DNA of 64,000 nucleotides from an uncultured Bacilli bacterium (GTDB lineage Bacteria; Bacillota_I; Bacilli_A; RF39; UBA660): NCBI GenBank assembly GCA_910588195.1, contig CAJUPN010000001.1, positions 211,343 to 275,342 of the forward strand, read 5' to 3'. Shown piece by piece: positions 57,016 to 64,000 of this stretch (position 1 is its first letter; each line of letters starts with the position of its first letter). The notes under the pieces were generated by a model. It saw only the letters and a program-made list of their open reading frames with translations, ran no database searches and was not told where the DNA came from. The position numbers and the translations under genes were made by a program.

Positions 57016-57213
57016 ATGAAACATATATATAAGAAGGCAAGAAAAATAAAATATAATAATCATTTGTTTCAAATTGTAATAAGAGATGATTTGAAAATAG
57101 GTTTTTTTAAAATTATAATTTATGAAAATAGAGAAGAATTTGTTTATCCAACTGCTCAAGAATTTTTACATTTAAATAGTATTGTAAATGTAAAAAATGG
57201 GATAAAATTTTAA
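57016..57213 (+). CDS. small hypothetical protein
   Basis: 65-aa ORF upstream of the acyltransferase gene. RBS weak. Confidence 0.25.
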   Translation: MKHIYKKARKIKYNNHLFQIVIRDDLKIGFFKIIIYENREEFVYPTAQEFLHLNSIVNVKNGIKF

Positions 57214-57227
57214 GGGGGTATTTAATT

Positions 57228-58352
57228 ATGACAAAATTAACTATGGAACAAATAGAGAAAGATTTTTTAGAATATAAAGAAAATAAAAGGGAACTTGTAG
57301 ACAAAGACTTGCCTATAAAAAATAAAAGCTTTAGAAAGGTGACTAGGCCTATACAGCGAGCAGCTCTATTTGCACAAAGAAAAATTAAAGGACAGAGTGT
57401 TGAAGTGCTTGGAAATAAAGATTATGAGATTCCAGATGGAAAATCTGTTACTTTCGTTGTTTCCCATATAGGTAAATTTGATTATGAGATTGTAAATGAA
57501 CTAATAAAAGAACAGTTTTATGTAATGGCTAGCGATTATCGCAATATGCATGGCAATATGAATCAAACTATGATGGAGTGGTTTGGTGTTTGGTATGTTG
57601 ATGAACTAGATAAAGTGGATCGTTATTATACTGGAGAGGTAAATAAAAAGACTTTGCGAGATGGTTGTAATACTATGATATTGCCTGAAGGAACGTGGAA
57701 TATATCTGAAAATGAAATTATTTATGATACTCATTTTGGAGCCGTAGATGGGGCAATCTCAGTTGGTTCGCTTATATTACCAATTTCTGTTGAACAGTAT
57801 GATAATGATTTTGTTGTAAATTTTGGGGAGCTTTTTGATCCTTCAAAAATTTCTGATGAGTTGTCTTTTTCTTTGGGGTGCTATAAAAAGTATAATGATT
57901 TAGATGAGACAGATAAATTAGAAAATGAATTAAAACTATTGATAAAGACAGTCACAAATACAATGTTACGTGATAGTCTTGCAACTCTTAAGTATGAAAT
58001 TTGGGAAAAAGCAGGTGTTGAAAGTAGAAGAGATATACCATTTGATTATTGGGAAAAATTCATTTTAAAACGTATTTCTGAATGGCCTGGATATAGTATG
58101 GATGAACAGATTGATAGTGTTGTTCATACGAAGGAAAAAGAATTACATGTAGCAGTTCTTAATGAATTAATAAATCTCTCTTTAATACATCCTGGCATAT
58201 TATCGGCTAAAGATTTAGAGTATTATTTGAGTGCAAAACAGAGAGAAATACTTATAAATGAATCTTTAATTCGTTTAAGAGAAAAAATGTTACAGGAAAA
58301 TTTACCAATTGAACAAAGACTTGAAAAATTTAAACAATTAAAAAGAAAATAG
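57228..58352 (+). CDS. lysophospholipid/glycerol-3-phosphate acyltransferase-family protein (PlsC-like)
   Basis: HX4D acyltransferase motif in ..VVSHIGKFDYEIV.. and a PEGT block (ILPEGTWN). 374 aa with an extended C-terminal helical region. Confidence 0.55.
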   Translation: MTKLTMEQIEKDFLEYKENKRELVDKDLPIKNKSFRKVTRPIQRAALFAQRKIKGQSVEVLGNKDYEIPDGKSVTFVVSHIGKFDYEIVNELIKEQFYVMASDYRNMHGNMNQTMMEWFGVWYVDELDKVDRYYTGEVNKKTLRDGCNTMILPEGTWNISENEIIYDTHFGAVDGAISVGSLILPISVEQYDNDFVVNFGELFDPSKISDELSFSLGCYKKYNDLDETDKLENELKLLIKTVTNTMLRDSLATLKYEIWEKAGVESRRDIPFDYWEKFILKRISEWPGYSMDEQIDSVVHTKEKELHVAVLNELINLSLIHPGILSAKDLEYYLSAKQREILINESLIRLREKMLQENLPIEQRLEKFKQLKRK

Positions 58353-58358
58353 AATGTA

Positions 58359-58388
58359 AGTAGACGTTAAAAATCTACTTTTTCTTTT
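58359..58388 (+). terminator. rho-independent terminator
   Basis: gtagacgtt/aaaaatctac hairpin plus T-run. Confidence 0.5.
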
Positions 58389-58436
58389 ATTATCTTTAGA
58401 AAAAGTTTATAATTAAGATAAGTAGGTGTTATTTGT

Positions 58437-60281
58437 ATGAGCTTTTTATCTTATCCAATATGTGCGTTATTTATTATTTTATTAGTTAATGTTGCCTTTT
58501 TTACAAAGAAGAGTGTTAATACTTTTGAAACATATAGTTATGGTAAACTTATAGTTGTAAATCTTATTGAATCAATTTTTGCTTTGCTAGGTTTAATTTT
58601 TATAAAGTTTTTTGGCAATGGATTGTTTATGCAATTTCTTGTCAAAATTGATTATGTTTTGTTGTTAACATGGGGAAGTCTTCTTTTTAGATATTTTATG
58701 AGTGTTGCTATTATCAATGAAACTAATGTTTTAAAATTAAATAAGTTAATAACTATATTTAATGTCATAATATCTATAGTAATTCTATTTTTACCTGTAG
58801 AGCTTATTATATTAGATAATACAGTTGATAGTGCTGGACTTTCTATGAACGTTTTGTTTTTTGCTGTTTTTATTTGTTTGATTGGAATTATCGCTTCAAC
58901 AATAAAAATATTATTTAGCGAAAATTTTAAAGATAAGAGTAAGAAACTAATTCCTTTAGTTTCTCTTATATGTCTGATAGTAATTTTAGTTATAATAAAA
59001 GCCTATATTCCTGAGATGGTGATTCAAGGATTTGTTTTATCTTTTGTATCTTTAATTATGTATTTTACTATTGAAAACCCCGATGTTAAAATAATCAGTA
59101 GTTTAGAGTTGGCAAAAGAGAGTGCAGAAAAAGCGAATCGTGCTAAGTCAGATTTTTTAAGTAGTATGTCACATGAAATAAGAACTCCTTTGAATGCGAT
59201 AGTTGGTTTATCACAAGATATTTTATTATACAAGGATAAACTACCAAATGAGGTACTAGAAGATGCTGATGATATAGTTAGTGCATCTAATACACTTCTT
59301 GAAATAGTAGGAAATATATTAGACATTAATAAAATTGAAAGTGAAAAAATGGAAATTATTGAAAAGCCATATGATCTAAAAAAAGAAATCAACGAGTTAG
59401 TGCGTGTAAGTACTACTAGGATAGGGGAAAAACCAATTGATTTTAAACTTGATATGGCAGTAGATTTACCTTATCAGTTAATTGGTGATAAAACTCATGT
59501 TAAGGGAATAATAAATAATTTACTTACTAATGCAATTAAATATACTGATTCAGGAACAATTAATTTAAATATTAAATGTGTCAATAGAGGTGATACGTGT
59601 AATTTAATTATTAGTGTTATGGATACAGGTAAAGGAATAAAAGAAGAAGATATAACTAAATTATTTACAAAGTTTGAACGCCTTGATATTGAAAAGAATA
59701 GTACAACTGAGGGTACTGGTTTAGGTCTTGCAATCACTAAGCGATTAGTAGAAATGATGAATGGTAAGATAAATGTTCAAAGTACTTATGGTGAAGGATC
59801 ACTTTTTGTTGTACAGTTGCCACAAAAAATTGGTAGACAAGAAGAACTTACTCCAACAGAAATGATTAATACAAAATTAATTATGGAAAGATTAAAAGGG
59901 GAGTTTGTAGGTAAAAGAATTTTAATAGTTGATGATAATAATTTGAATATTAAAGTTGCTAAAAAAGCTTTAGCTGATTTTAATTTTATTATTGAAGAAG
60001 CACTCAATGGAGAAGATGCAATTAATTTAATTAAAAGTGGAAAGAATTATGATTTAATACTTATGGATATTATGATGCCTAACATGAGTGGATCAACAGC
60101 TTTAAAAAAATTAAAAGAAATAAATGGATTTAATACACCAACTATTGCTTTGACAGCTGATGCTATTGCTGGAGCTGAAGAAAAGTATTTAAGTGAAGGC
60201 TTTGTTGATTATATATCTAAACCATTTTCTAAGGAACAAATTGAAGAAAAATTAAGAAAAGTTTTTCAAAAGAAAAATTAA
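58437..60281 (+). CDS. hybrid sensor histidine kinase (multi-TM sensor + HisKA + HATPase_c + receiver)
   Basis: About 6 N-terminal TM helices. H-box SHEIRTPLNAIVG, G-boxes ..DTGKGI.., ..GTGLGLAI.. and C-terminal REC domain (ILIVDDN...DLILMDIMMP...K). Confidence 0.85.
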   Translation: MSFLSYPICALFIILLVNVAFFTKKSVNTFETYSYGKLIVVNLIESIFALLGLIFIKFFGNGLFMQFLVKIDYVLLLTWGSLLFRYFMSVAIINETNVLKLNKLITIFNVIISIVILFLPVELIILDNTVDSAGLSMNVLFFAVFICLIGIIASTIKILFSENFKDKSKKLIPLVSLICLIVILVIIKAYIPEMVIQGFVLSFVSLIMYFTIENPDVKIISSLELAKESAEKANRAKSDFLSSMSHEIRTPLNAIVGLSQDILLYKDKLPNEVLEDADDIVSASNTLLEIVGNILDINKIESEKMEIIEKPYDLKKEINELVRVSTTRIGEKPIDFKLDMAVDLPYQLIGDKTHVKGIINNLLTNAIKYTDSGTINLNIKCVNRGDTCNLIISVMDTGKGIKEEDITKLFTKFERLDIEKNSTTEGTGLGLAITKRLVEMMNGKINVQSTYGEGSLFVVQLPQKIGRQEELTPTEMINTKLIMERLKGEFVGKRILIVDDNNLNIKVAKKALADFNFIIEEALNGEDAINLIKSGKNYDLILMDIMMPNMSGSTALKKLKEINGFNTPTIALTADAIAGAEEKYLSEGFVDYISKPFSKEQIEEKLRKVFQKKN

Positions 60282-60306
60282 AAGGAGTATTTTTACTCCT
60301 TTTTAA
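60281..60306. terminator. bidirectional terminator
   Basis: aaaaggagta/tttt/tactcctttt palindrome between convergent genes. Confidence 0.6.
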
Positions 60307-60902
60307 CGTATTTTTTTTGTTTTTATAGATTCTATCTCTTCATTTAATTTATCAGTTAATTCGGGATATATTTGTAAAAATCTATCTATGATACCTGTGA
60401 ATCCTTGATTATGTAATCTAATAACCTTTGGAATTAAATCACTGTTGTCTAAAGGAACGTAATCGGGTCTATTTGGATAACGGTATAGTTGAAAATTATC
60501 TTGCTCAGCTAATTCATTAAGTTTTTGTAATACATTATCAACGTGTTCTTCATAAATGACTTCTTCTTCGAATTCACTGACAACTTCAGCTTTCCATCCT
60601 GTTTTTCCACTCTCAAAGTTATCACCTTTTAAGGTGTATAAAGAACCTGATAAGTTAAATATTTTATCAAACATTCCTTCTTTTCTTTCCACTAAAACTA
60701 CTGGATATTCGGTCGTTCCAATTCCACCTAAACTATAAAAGAAATCACTACCACCATTGTTAATAAAAATTGTAGCTATAGCTTTTGAGGGAGTAGCATA
60801 AACCCATTCTTGTTGATGAGTACTACTTCTTTTTTCTAGCTTTTTTAATCCTTGTATTTTACTCCCATGGTATACGTAATCCATAATTTTATCTCCATTC
60901 AT
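60303..60902 (-). CDS. hypothetical protein with H-G-S...Y-x-x-x-S-K...acidic pattern (possible ADP-ribosyltransferase/Tpt1-like fold)
   Basis: 199 aa. ..YVYHGSK.. near the N-terminus, ..EWVYATPSKA.. about 20 aa later, then a Glu-rich strand ..EVVSEFEEEVIYEE.., resembling the H-Y-E arrangement of the PARP/KptA clade. By inference only. Confidence 0.35.
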   Translation of the reverse strand: MNGDKIMDYVYHGSKIQGLKKLEKRSSTHQQEWVYATPSKAIATIFINNGGSDFFYSLGGIGTTEYPVVLVERKEGMFDKIFNLSGSLYTLKGDNFESGKTGWKAEVVSEFEEEVIYEEHVDNVLQKLNELAEQDNFQLYRYPNRPDYVPLDNSDLIPKVIRLHNQGFTGIIDRFLQIYPELTDKLNEEIESIKTKKIR

Positions 60903-61018
60903 TTATAAGTATATTAAAATTATAACATATAATTTATTAAAATAAATCTTATGGTCAATTTTGTTTATTAATATTTAATTTTATCAATTATATTATAAAA
61001 ATTTATGTAGAACAATTT

Positions 61019-61489
61019 TTAGATATTTAAGTTTAATTCAATTTGTTTCATTGTGTCACTATCTATAAGATTCGGATTATATTTTATATTTATTTTTATT
61101 TTTTCTCTATCTTCGTAGTTTTGAGACAAATAGTCTTCATTAAAATTACTTTCTACTTGTTCTATGCCTTCAATTTCAAATAAATCATCTATAGCACCTT
61201 TAAAGCAATATTCACAGCAAAGATCATCTCTAACAATTGTATAATTTAAAGTTTTAAATTCAGGATATTTGTTAAAAGAAAGTAAAGAGGGAATTTTTAC
61301 TACATTTAAAAATAATAAAATTTCCATCTTTATTATTTTAGGTGTTATTAGATTAGAGTTATATTTTAGATAAACATCCAATTTATTAGTATCTTCAATA
61401 TTAACTTCAAAAATGCCTTCTAGAGACATTAAATAGTCTTTTAATTCTTTATGTCCCCAAGTATCAAGAGAAATATATAATTCTTTCAT
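61019..61489 (-). CDS. hypothetical protein
   Basis: 156-aa ORF with RBS aaggaagg on the minus strand and a CCEYC motif. No family recognised. Confidence 0.45.
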   Translation of the reverse strand: MKELYISLDTWGHKELKDYLMSLEGIFEVNIEDTNKLDVYLKYNSNLITPKIIKMEILLFLNVVKIPSLLSFNKYPEFKTLNYTIVRDDLCCEYCFKGAIDDLFEIEGIEQVESNFNEDYLSQNYEDREKIKINIKYNPNLIDSDTMKQIELNLNI

Positions 61490-61523
61490 AAAAAGTTTCC
61501 TTCCTTAGCAAACATAATAATAT

Positions 61524-61550
61524 AAAAACGACTTTTTAACAAGTCGCTTT
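61524..61550 (-). terminator. terminator of the tRNA operon (minus strand)
   Basis: On the minus strand aaagcgactt/gttaaaa/agtcgttttt hairpin plus T-run immediately downstream of tRNA-Leu. Confidence 0.5.
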
Positions 61551-61586
61551 ATATTTTCACTCGAATGTCCGAGTATCAATCAAATA

Positions 61587-61671
61587 TGGTGCAGGTAACA
61601 GGAGTTGAACCTGCACGGATTACTCCACTAGATCCTAAGTCTAGCGCGTCTGCCAATTCCGCCATACCTGC
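61587..61671 (-). tRNA. tRNA-Leu (anticodon UAG), type II with long variable arm, CCA encoded
   Basis: Reverse complement GCAGGTATGGCGGAATTGGCAGACGCGCTAGACTTAGGATCTAGTGGAGTAATCCGTGCAGGTTCAACTCCTGTTACCTGCACCA. Anticodon loop CTTAGGA, 85 nt. Confidence 0.9.
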
Positions 61672-61679
61672 AAAAAAAA

Positions 61680-61757
61680 TGGTGGATCTTGTAGGACTCG
61701 AACCTACGACCGCCCGGTTATGAGCCGGATGCTCTAACCAACTGAGCTAAAGATCCA
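61680..61757 (-). tRNA. tRNA with CAT anticodon (tRNA-Met or lysidine tRNA-Ile2), CCA encoded
   Basis: Reverse complement TGGATCTTTAGCTCAGTTGGTTAGAGCATCCGGCTCATAACCGGGCGGTCGTAGGTTCGAGTCCTACAAGATCCACCA. The body resembles Firmicute tRNA-Ile2(CAU), but identity cannot be fixed from sequence alone. Confidence 0.85.
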
Positions 61758-62029
61758 TTGCCACTGCTCTATAAATATAACACATTTTTTTTAACTGTGC
61801 AATAACTTTTTTTATTATATATTAAGCAATATTGGAGATTTATTTACTATATTGTATGTTAAGGTAAAAAAAGTATTCTTAATATATATATTAAAATTCC
61901 TTTTTTATAATAATTAATTGCTTAAATCGTTAAAAATGATTTTAAATTATGTGGTTTTTACTAAAAATTTGCAATTTTTAATAATCTATGTTATTATATG
62001 CAGCAATTCAAGGGGAAAGGGAGATTTGA

Positions 62030-63628
62030 ATGAAGAGATTTAAGATTGTATCATTATTAATGCTTATTGCAGTAATGATCTTTGGTGGAATGATGAATGC
62101 TAGTGCCGCAACATCACTTCCAGATTCAGTTGTTAGTGATGCACATAAAAATCCTACACTTGTTGGGGGATTAAGAGAAGTTGAATATATTAAGAACTTC
62201 CCAGTTATCGTTAAAACAGCTGACAATGGTAAATATTATATTTACTGTATGAACTTATCGGCTACTTATGCAGCTAATGTTAAATTTAGTAAAGCTGGAA
62301 AAGTAGATCCAGGGTATGTTTATATTTTAAATCATAAACCAAATACAGGTGATAAAGATAAAGATTTCTATATCATGCAAATGGCAGTTTGGTATTATGA
62401 AGACTATCTATCTGGGAAGGATTTTAACCTAGTTAGAGAAGTAAAAGAATACATTGTATCCAATGTAGATAAAGATCCAGTTGCTCAATATATATATAAT
62501 TTATATAGAGGAGCAAAAATTTATAAGGGAGAACAAGCTGTTCTTGCTTTCAACAAAGCAGGTATTACATTTACTGTAGAAAATGGATACTATGTTTCAA
62601 GTAAAATTCCAGTAATTAAAGCTAATTTATCTGGAAATTTAAAATATTCCTTAACAAATGCACCAAAAGGTTCTTTAGTTGTTAAGGCTGGTGAAGATGG
62701 AGTTAAGGTAAAAATACCTACAGATAAAATACCTGAAGGTAAACAATTAACTTTTTCACTTAATGTAGAAGGTTCTTATACACAATATACAGGATATTAT
62801 TATTATCATAGTAGTAAATATCAAAAAGTATTGTTCCAAGATCCATTAGAAACTAAAATCAAATTACAAGATTCAGTTTCATTAAACATTAAAAATTATA
62901 AAGATGAGCACAATATTAATATTAGTAAAACTGATATTACTCAATCAAAGGAAGTTCCTGGTGCTACATTAGTAGTTAAAGATAAATCAGGAAAAGAAAT
63001 TGCTTCTTGGGTATCTACAGATATACCAAGAAAAATCACATTAAAAAGTGGAGAATATACTTTAACTGAAACATTAGCTCCAAAGGGTTATAAATTATCT
63101 AAAACAACAATTCATTTCTATATAGATGATACGGGTTCATTATTTGTTAAAGATGAAAATGGTAACTATGTAAGTGTTAATAAAGTAGTTATGATAAATG
63201 AACTTATTGATACTATAAGTGTTGCTAAGAAAGATTCTAAAACAGGAGAATTTGTTAAAGATGCTGTCTTAGTTATTAAAGATGCATCTGGTAATGTTGT
63301 AGATGAATTTGTTACTACTGATACTGCATATCAATTATCTTTAGTAGCTGGAAAATATACTTTATCTGAAGTAAAAGCTCCAAATGGATATGTTCATAGT
63401 AAAGAAGTTTTATCTTTTGAATTATTAGAAGATGGAACCCTTAAAGTTATGAACGGTAATGGAGAATATACTGATGTTGCTTACTTGACTTTCTATAATA
63501 CAAGAGAGTCTGAAGAAACAGTACATGTTCCTGCTACAGGAAAAAATGCTACACTTATCGTTATAGGTGGTATAGCACTATTAATTGGCGGAATTGCTTG
63601 TGCAAAGAGAACAATTAAAGAATGCTAA
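62030..63628 (+). CDS. sortase-anchored surface adhesin/pilin-like protein with N-terminal thioester-type domain and two CnaB-type domains
   Basis: Signal peptide, YCMN and FYIMQMAVW (Cys...Gln thioester-domain motifs), two (S/A)GEYTL.E..AP.GY CnaB-like blocks, and C-terminal HVPATG + hydrophobic segment + KRTIKE sorting signal. Confidence 0.75.
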   Translation: MKRFKIVSLLMLIAVMIFGGMMNASAATSLPDSVVSDAHKNPTLVGGLREVEYIKNFPVIVKTADNGKYYIYCMNLSATYAANVKFSKAGKVDPGYVYILNHKPNTGDKDKDFYIMQMAVWYYEDYLSGKDFNLVREVKEYIVSNVDKDPVAQYIYNLYRGAKIYKGEQAVLAFNKAGITFTVENGYYVSSKIPVIKANLSGNLKYSLTNAPKGSLVVKAGEDGVKVKIPTDKIPEGKQLTFSLNVEGSYTQYTGYYYYHSSKYQKVLFQDPLETKIKLQDSVSLNIKNYKDEHNINISKTDITQSKEVPGATLVVKDKSGKEIASWVSTDIPRKITLKSGEYTLTETLAPKGYKLSKTTIHFYIDDTGSLFVKDENGNYVSVNKVVMINELIDTISVAKKDSKTGEFVKDAVLVIKDASGNVVDEFVTTDTAYQLSLVAGKYTLSEVKAPNGYVHSKEVLSFELLEDGTLKVMNGNGEYTDVAYLTFYNTRESEETVHVPATGKNATLIVIGGIALLIGGIACAKRTIKEC

Positions 63629-64000
63629 GATACTCCTTAGTATTCTTTTTACTTTAATAGGCTTATTCATGATATTCTATAGTTATTTTGCAGGTGTTAA
63701 GAATAACGTCTTTAATAAAAAGAATATTGAGTTATTAGAACAACAAGTATTAATTACAGAATCAATTGATGAAGTTAATGAAGAAGATTTTGATAATACT
63801 ACAGTTGATTTAGAAGATATGGTTGACGCCGATAGAGTAGATGCTTACATTGGGTATTTATCAGTTCCTGATGTAGATATAAAAAGGGGATTTGTTAACA
63901 TTAATTCCAAATATAACAGTGTTGGATATAATGTTATGTTGATTGAGGGTTCAAAAATGCCTGATCAAGATAAGGGTAATTTGATATTAGCAGCTCATAG
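63594..64000 (+). CDS. sortase (partial, truncated by window end)
   Basis: Frame overlapping the adhesin stop. N-terminal TM (ILLSILFTLIGLFMIFYSYF), then ..AYIGYLSVPDVDIKRGFV.. and ..GNLILAAH.., which is the conserved sortase His region. Exact start (TTG/GTG around 63594-63600) is uncertain. Confidence 0.6.
   Translation, partial: MLVQREQLKNAKILLSILFTLIGLFMIFYSYFAGVKNNVFNKKNIELLEQQVLITESIDEVNEEDFDNTTVDLEDMVDADRVDAYIGYLSVPDVDIKRGFVNINSKYNSVGYNVMLIEGSKMPDQDKGNLILAAH

Noticed and set aside
61680-61757. Assigning the CAT-anticodon tRNA definitively as elongator tRNA-Met
   Set aside because: The body (D-loop AGCTCAGTTGGTTAGAGC, T-arm GGTCGTAGGTTCGAGTCCTAC) resembles Firmicute tRNA-Ile2(CAU, lysidine). 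Met and Ile2 cannot be distinguished without tilS-dependent identity elements or a comparison set, so it is left ambiguous.
1-64000. CRISPR arrays, IS elements/transposases, integrases or prophage blocks
   Set aside because: No short regularly spaced repeats, no transposase or integrase-like ORFs (DDE, tyrosine recombinase motifs) and no phage structural genes were seen anywhere in the window.
1-64000. Alternative genetic code (TGA=Trp) as in Mollicutes, suggested by very low GC
   Set aside because: Long housekeeping ORFs (leuS, ftsK, tyrS, serS) read through with the standard code. CotE and sporulation-type genes also indicate a walled Firmicute.

Overview
This is an AT-rich (about 28-30% GC) chromosomal segment from a spore-forming low-GC Firmicute. 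The main anchors are a recognisable CotE coat-morphogenetic protein, a Bacillus-type dnaB-dnaI pair, ytxG-ytxH, a SpoVB-like flippase and three T-box leaders. The genetic code looks standard, since the long ORFs contain no in-frame TGA. Housekeeping genes (rpsD, tatD, leuS, rnj, dnaB/dnaI, trmB, tyrS, sufCDSU, serS, ftsK, and two tRNAs: Leu-UAG plus a CAT-anticodon tRNA that is Met or Ile2) are interleaved with accessory cassettes of unknown function.

The most unusual points are:
- leuS encodes a 1108-aa leucyl-tRNA synthetase with two complete, canonical Nudix boxes inserted in tandem after the editing domain. A HIT hydrolase gene lies about 1.4 kb downstream.
- A small cluster at 21.1-23.9 kb looks like a stripped-down Tad/Flp-type pilus module with a degenerate Walker A in its TadZ-like ATPase and no TadA/B/C.
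- An ABC transporter at 33.5-35.5 kb has an E-loop in place of the Q-loop, as in LanFEG bacteriocin-immunity transporters. It sits behind a membrane-anchored XRE regulator and a small secreted protein.
- A signal-anchor plus ~90-aa N-terminal module is shared by three secreted proteins (an SGNH hydrolase, a gene fragment and a 1266-aa GH3 protein with internal ~400-aa tandem repeats).
- A pair of paralogous unknown proteins with a YDCYS motif flank rpsD.
- A membrane XRE regulator is followed by a 31-aa hydrophobic peptide ORF, next to a divergent secreted Cys/His-rich NCPY-repeat protein.
- RNase J has a degenerate HxHxDH motif.
- The SUF locus lacks sufB and carries a half-length SufD.
- At the 3' end of the window, a thioester-domain/CnaB sortase substrate is followed by a sortase gene.

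No CRISPR array, IS element or prophage signature was seen. Coordinates derived by hand (promoters, terminators, repeats, small ORFs, tRNAs) may be off by 1-2 nt.
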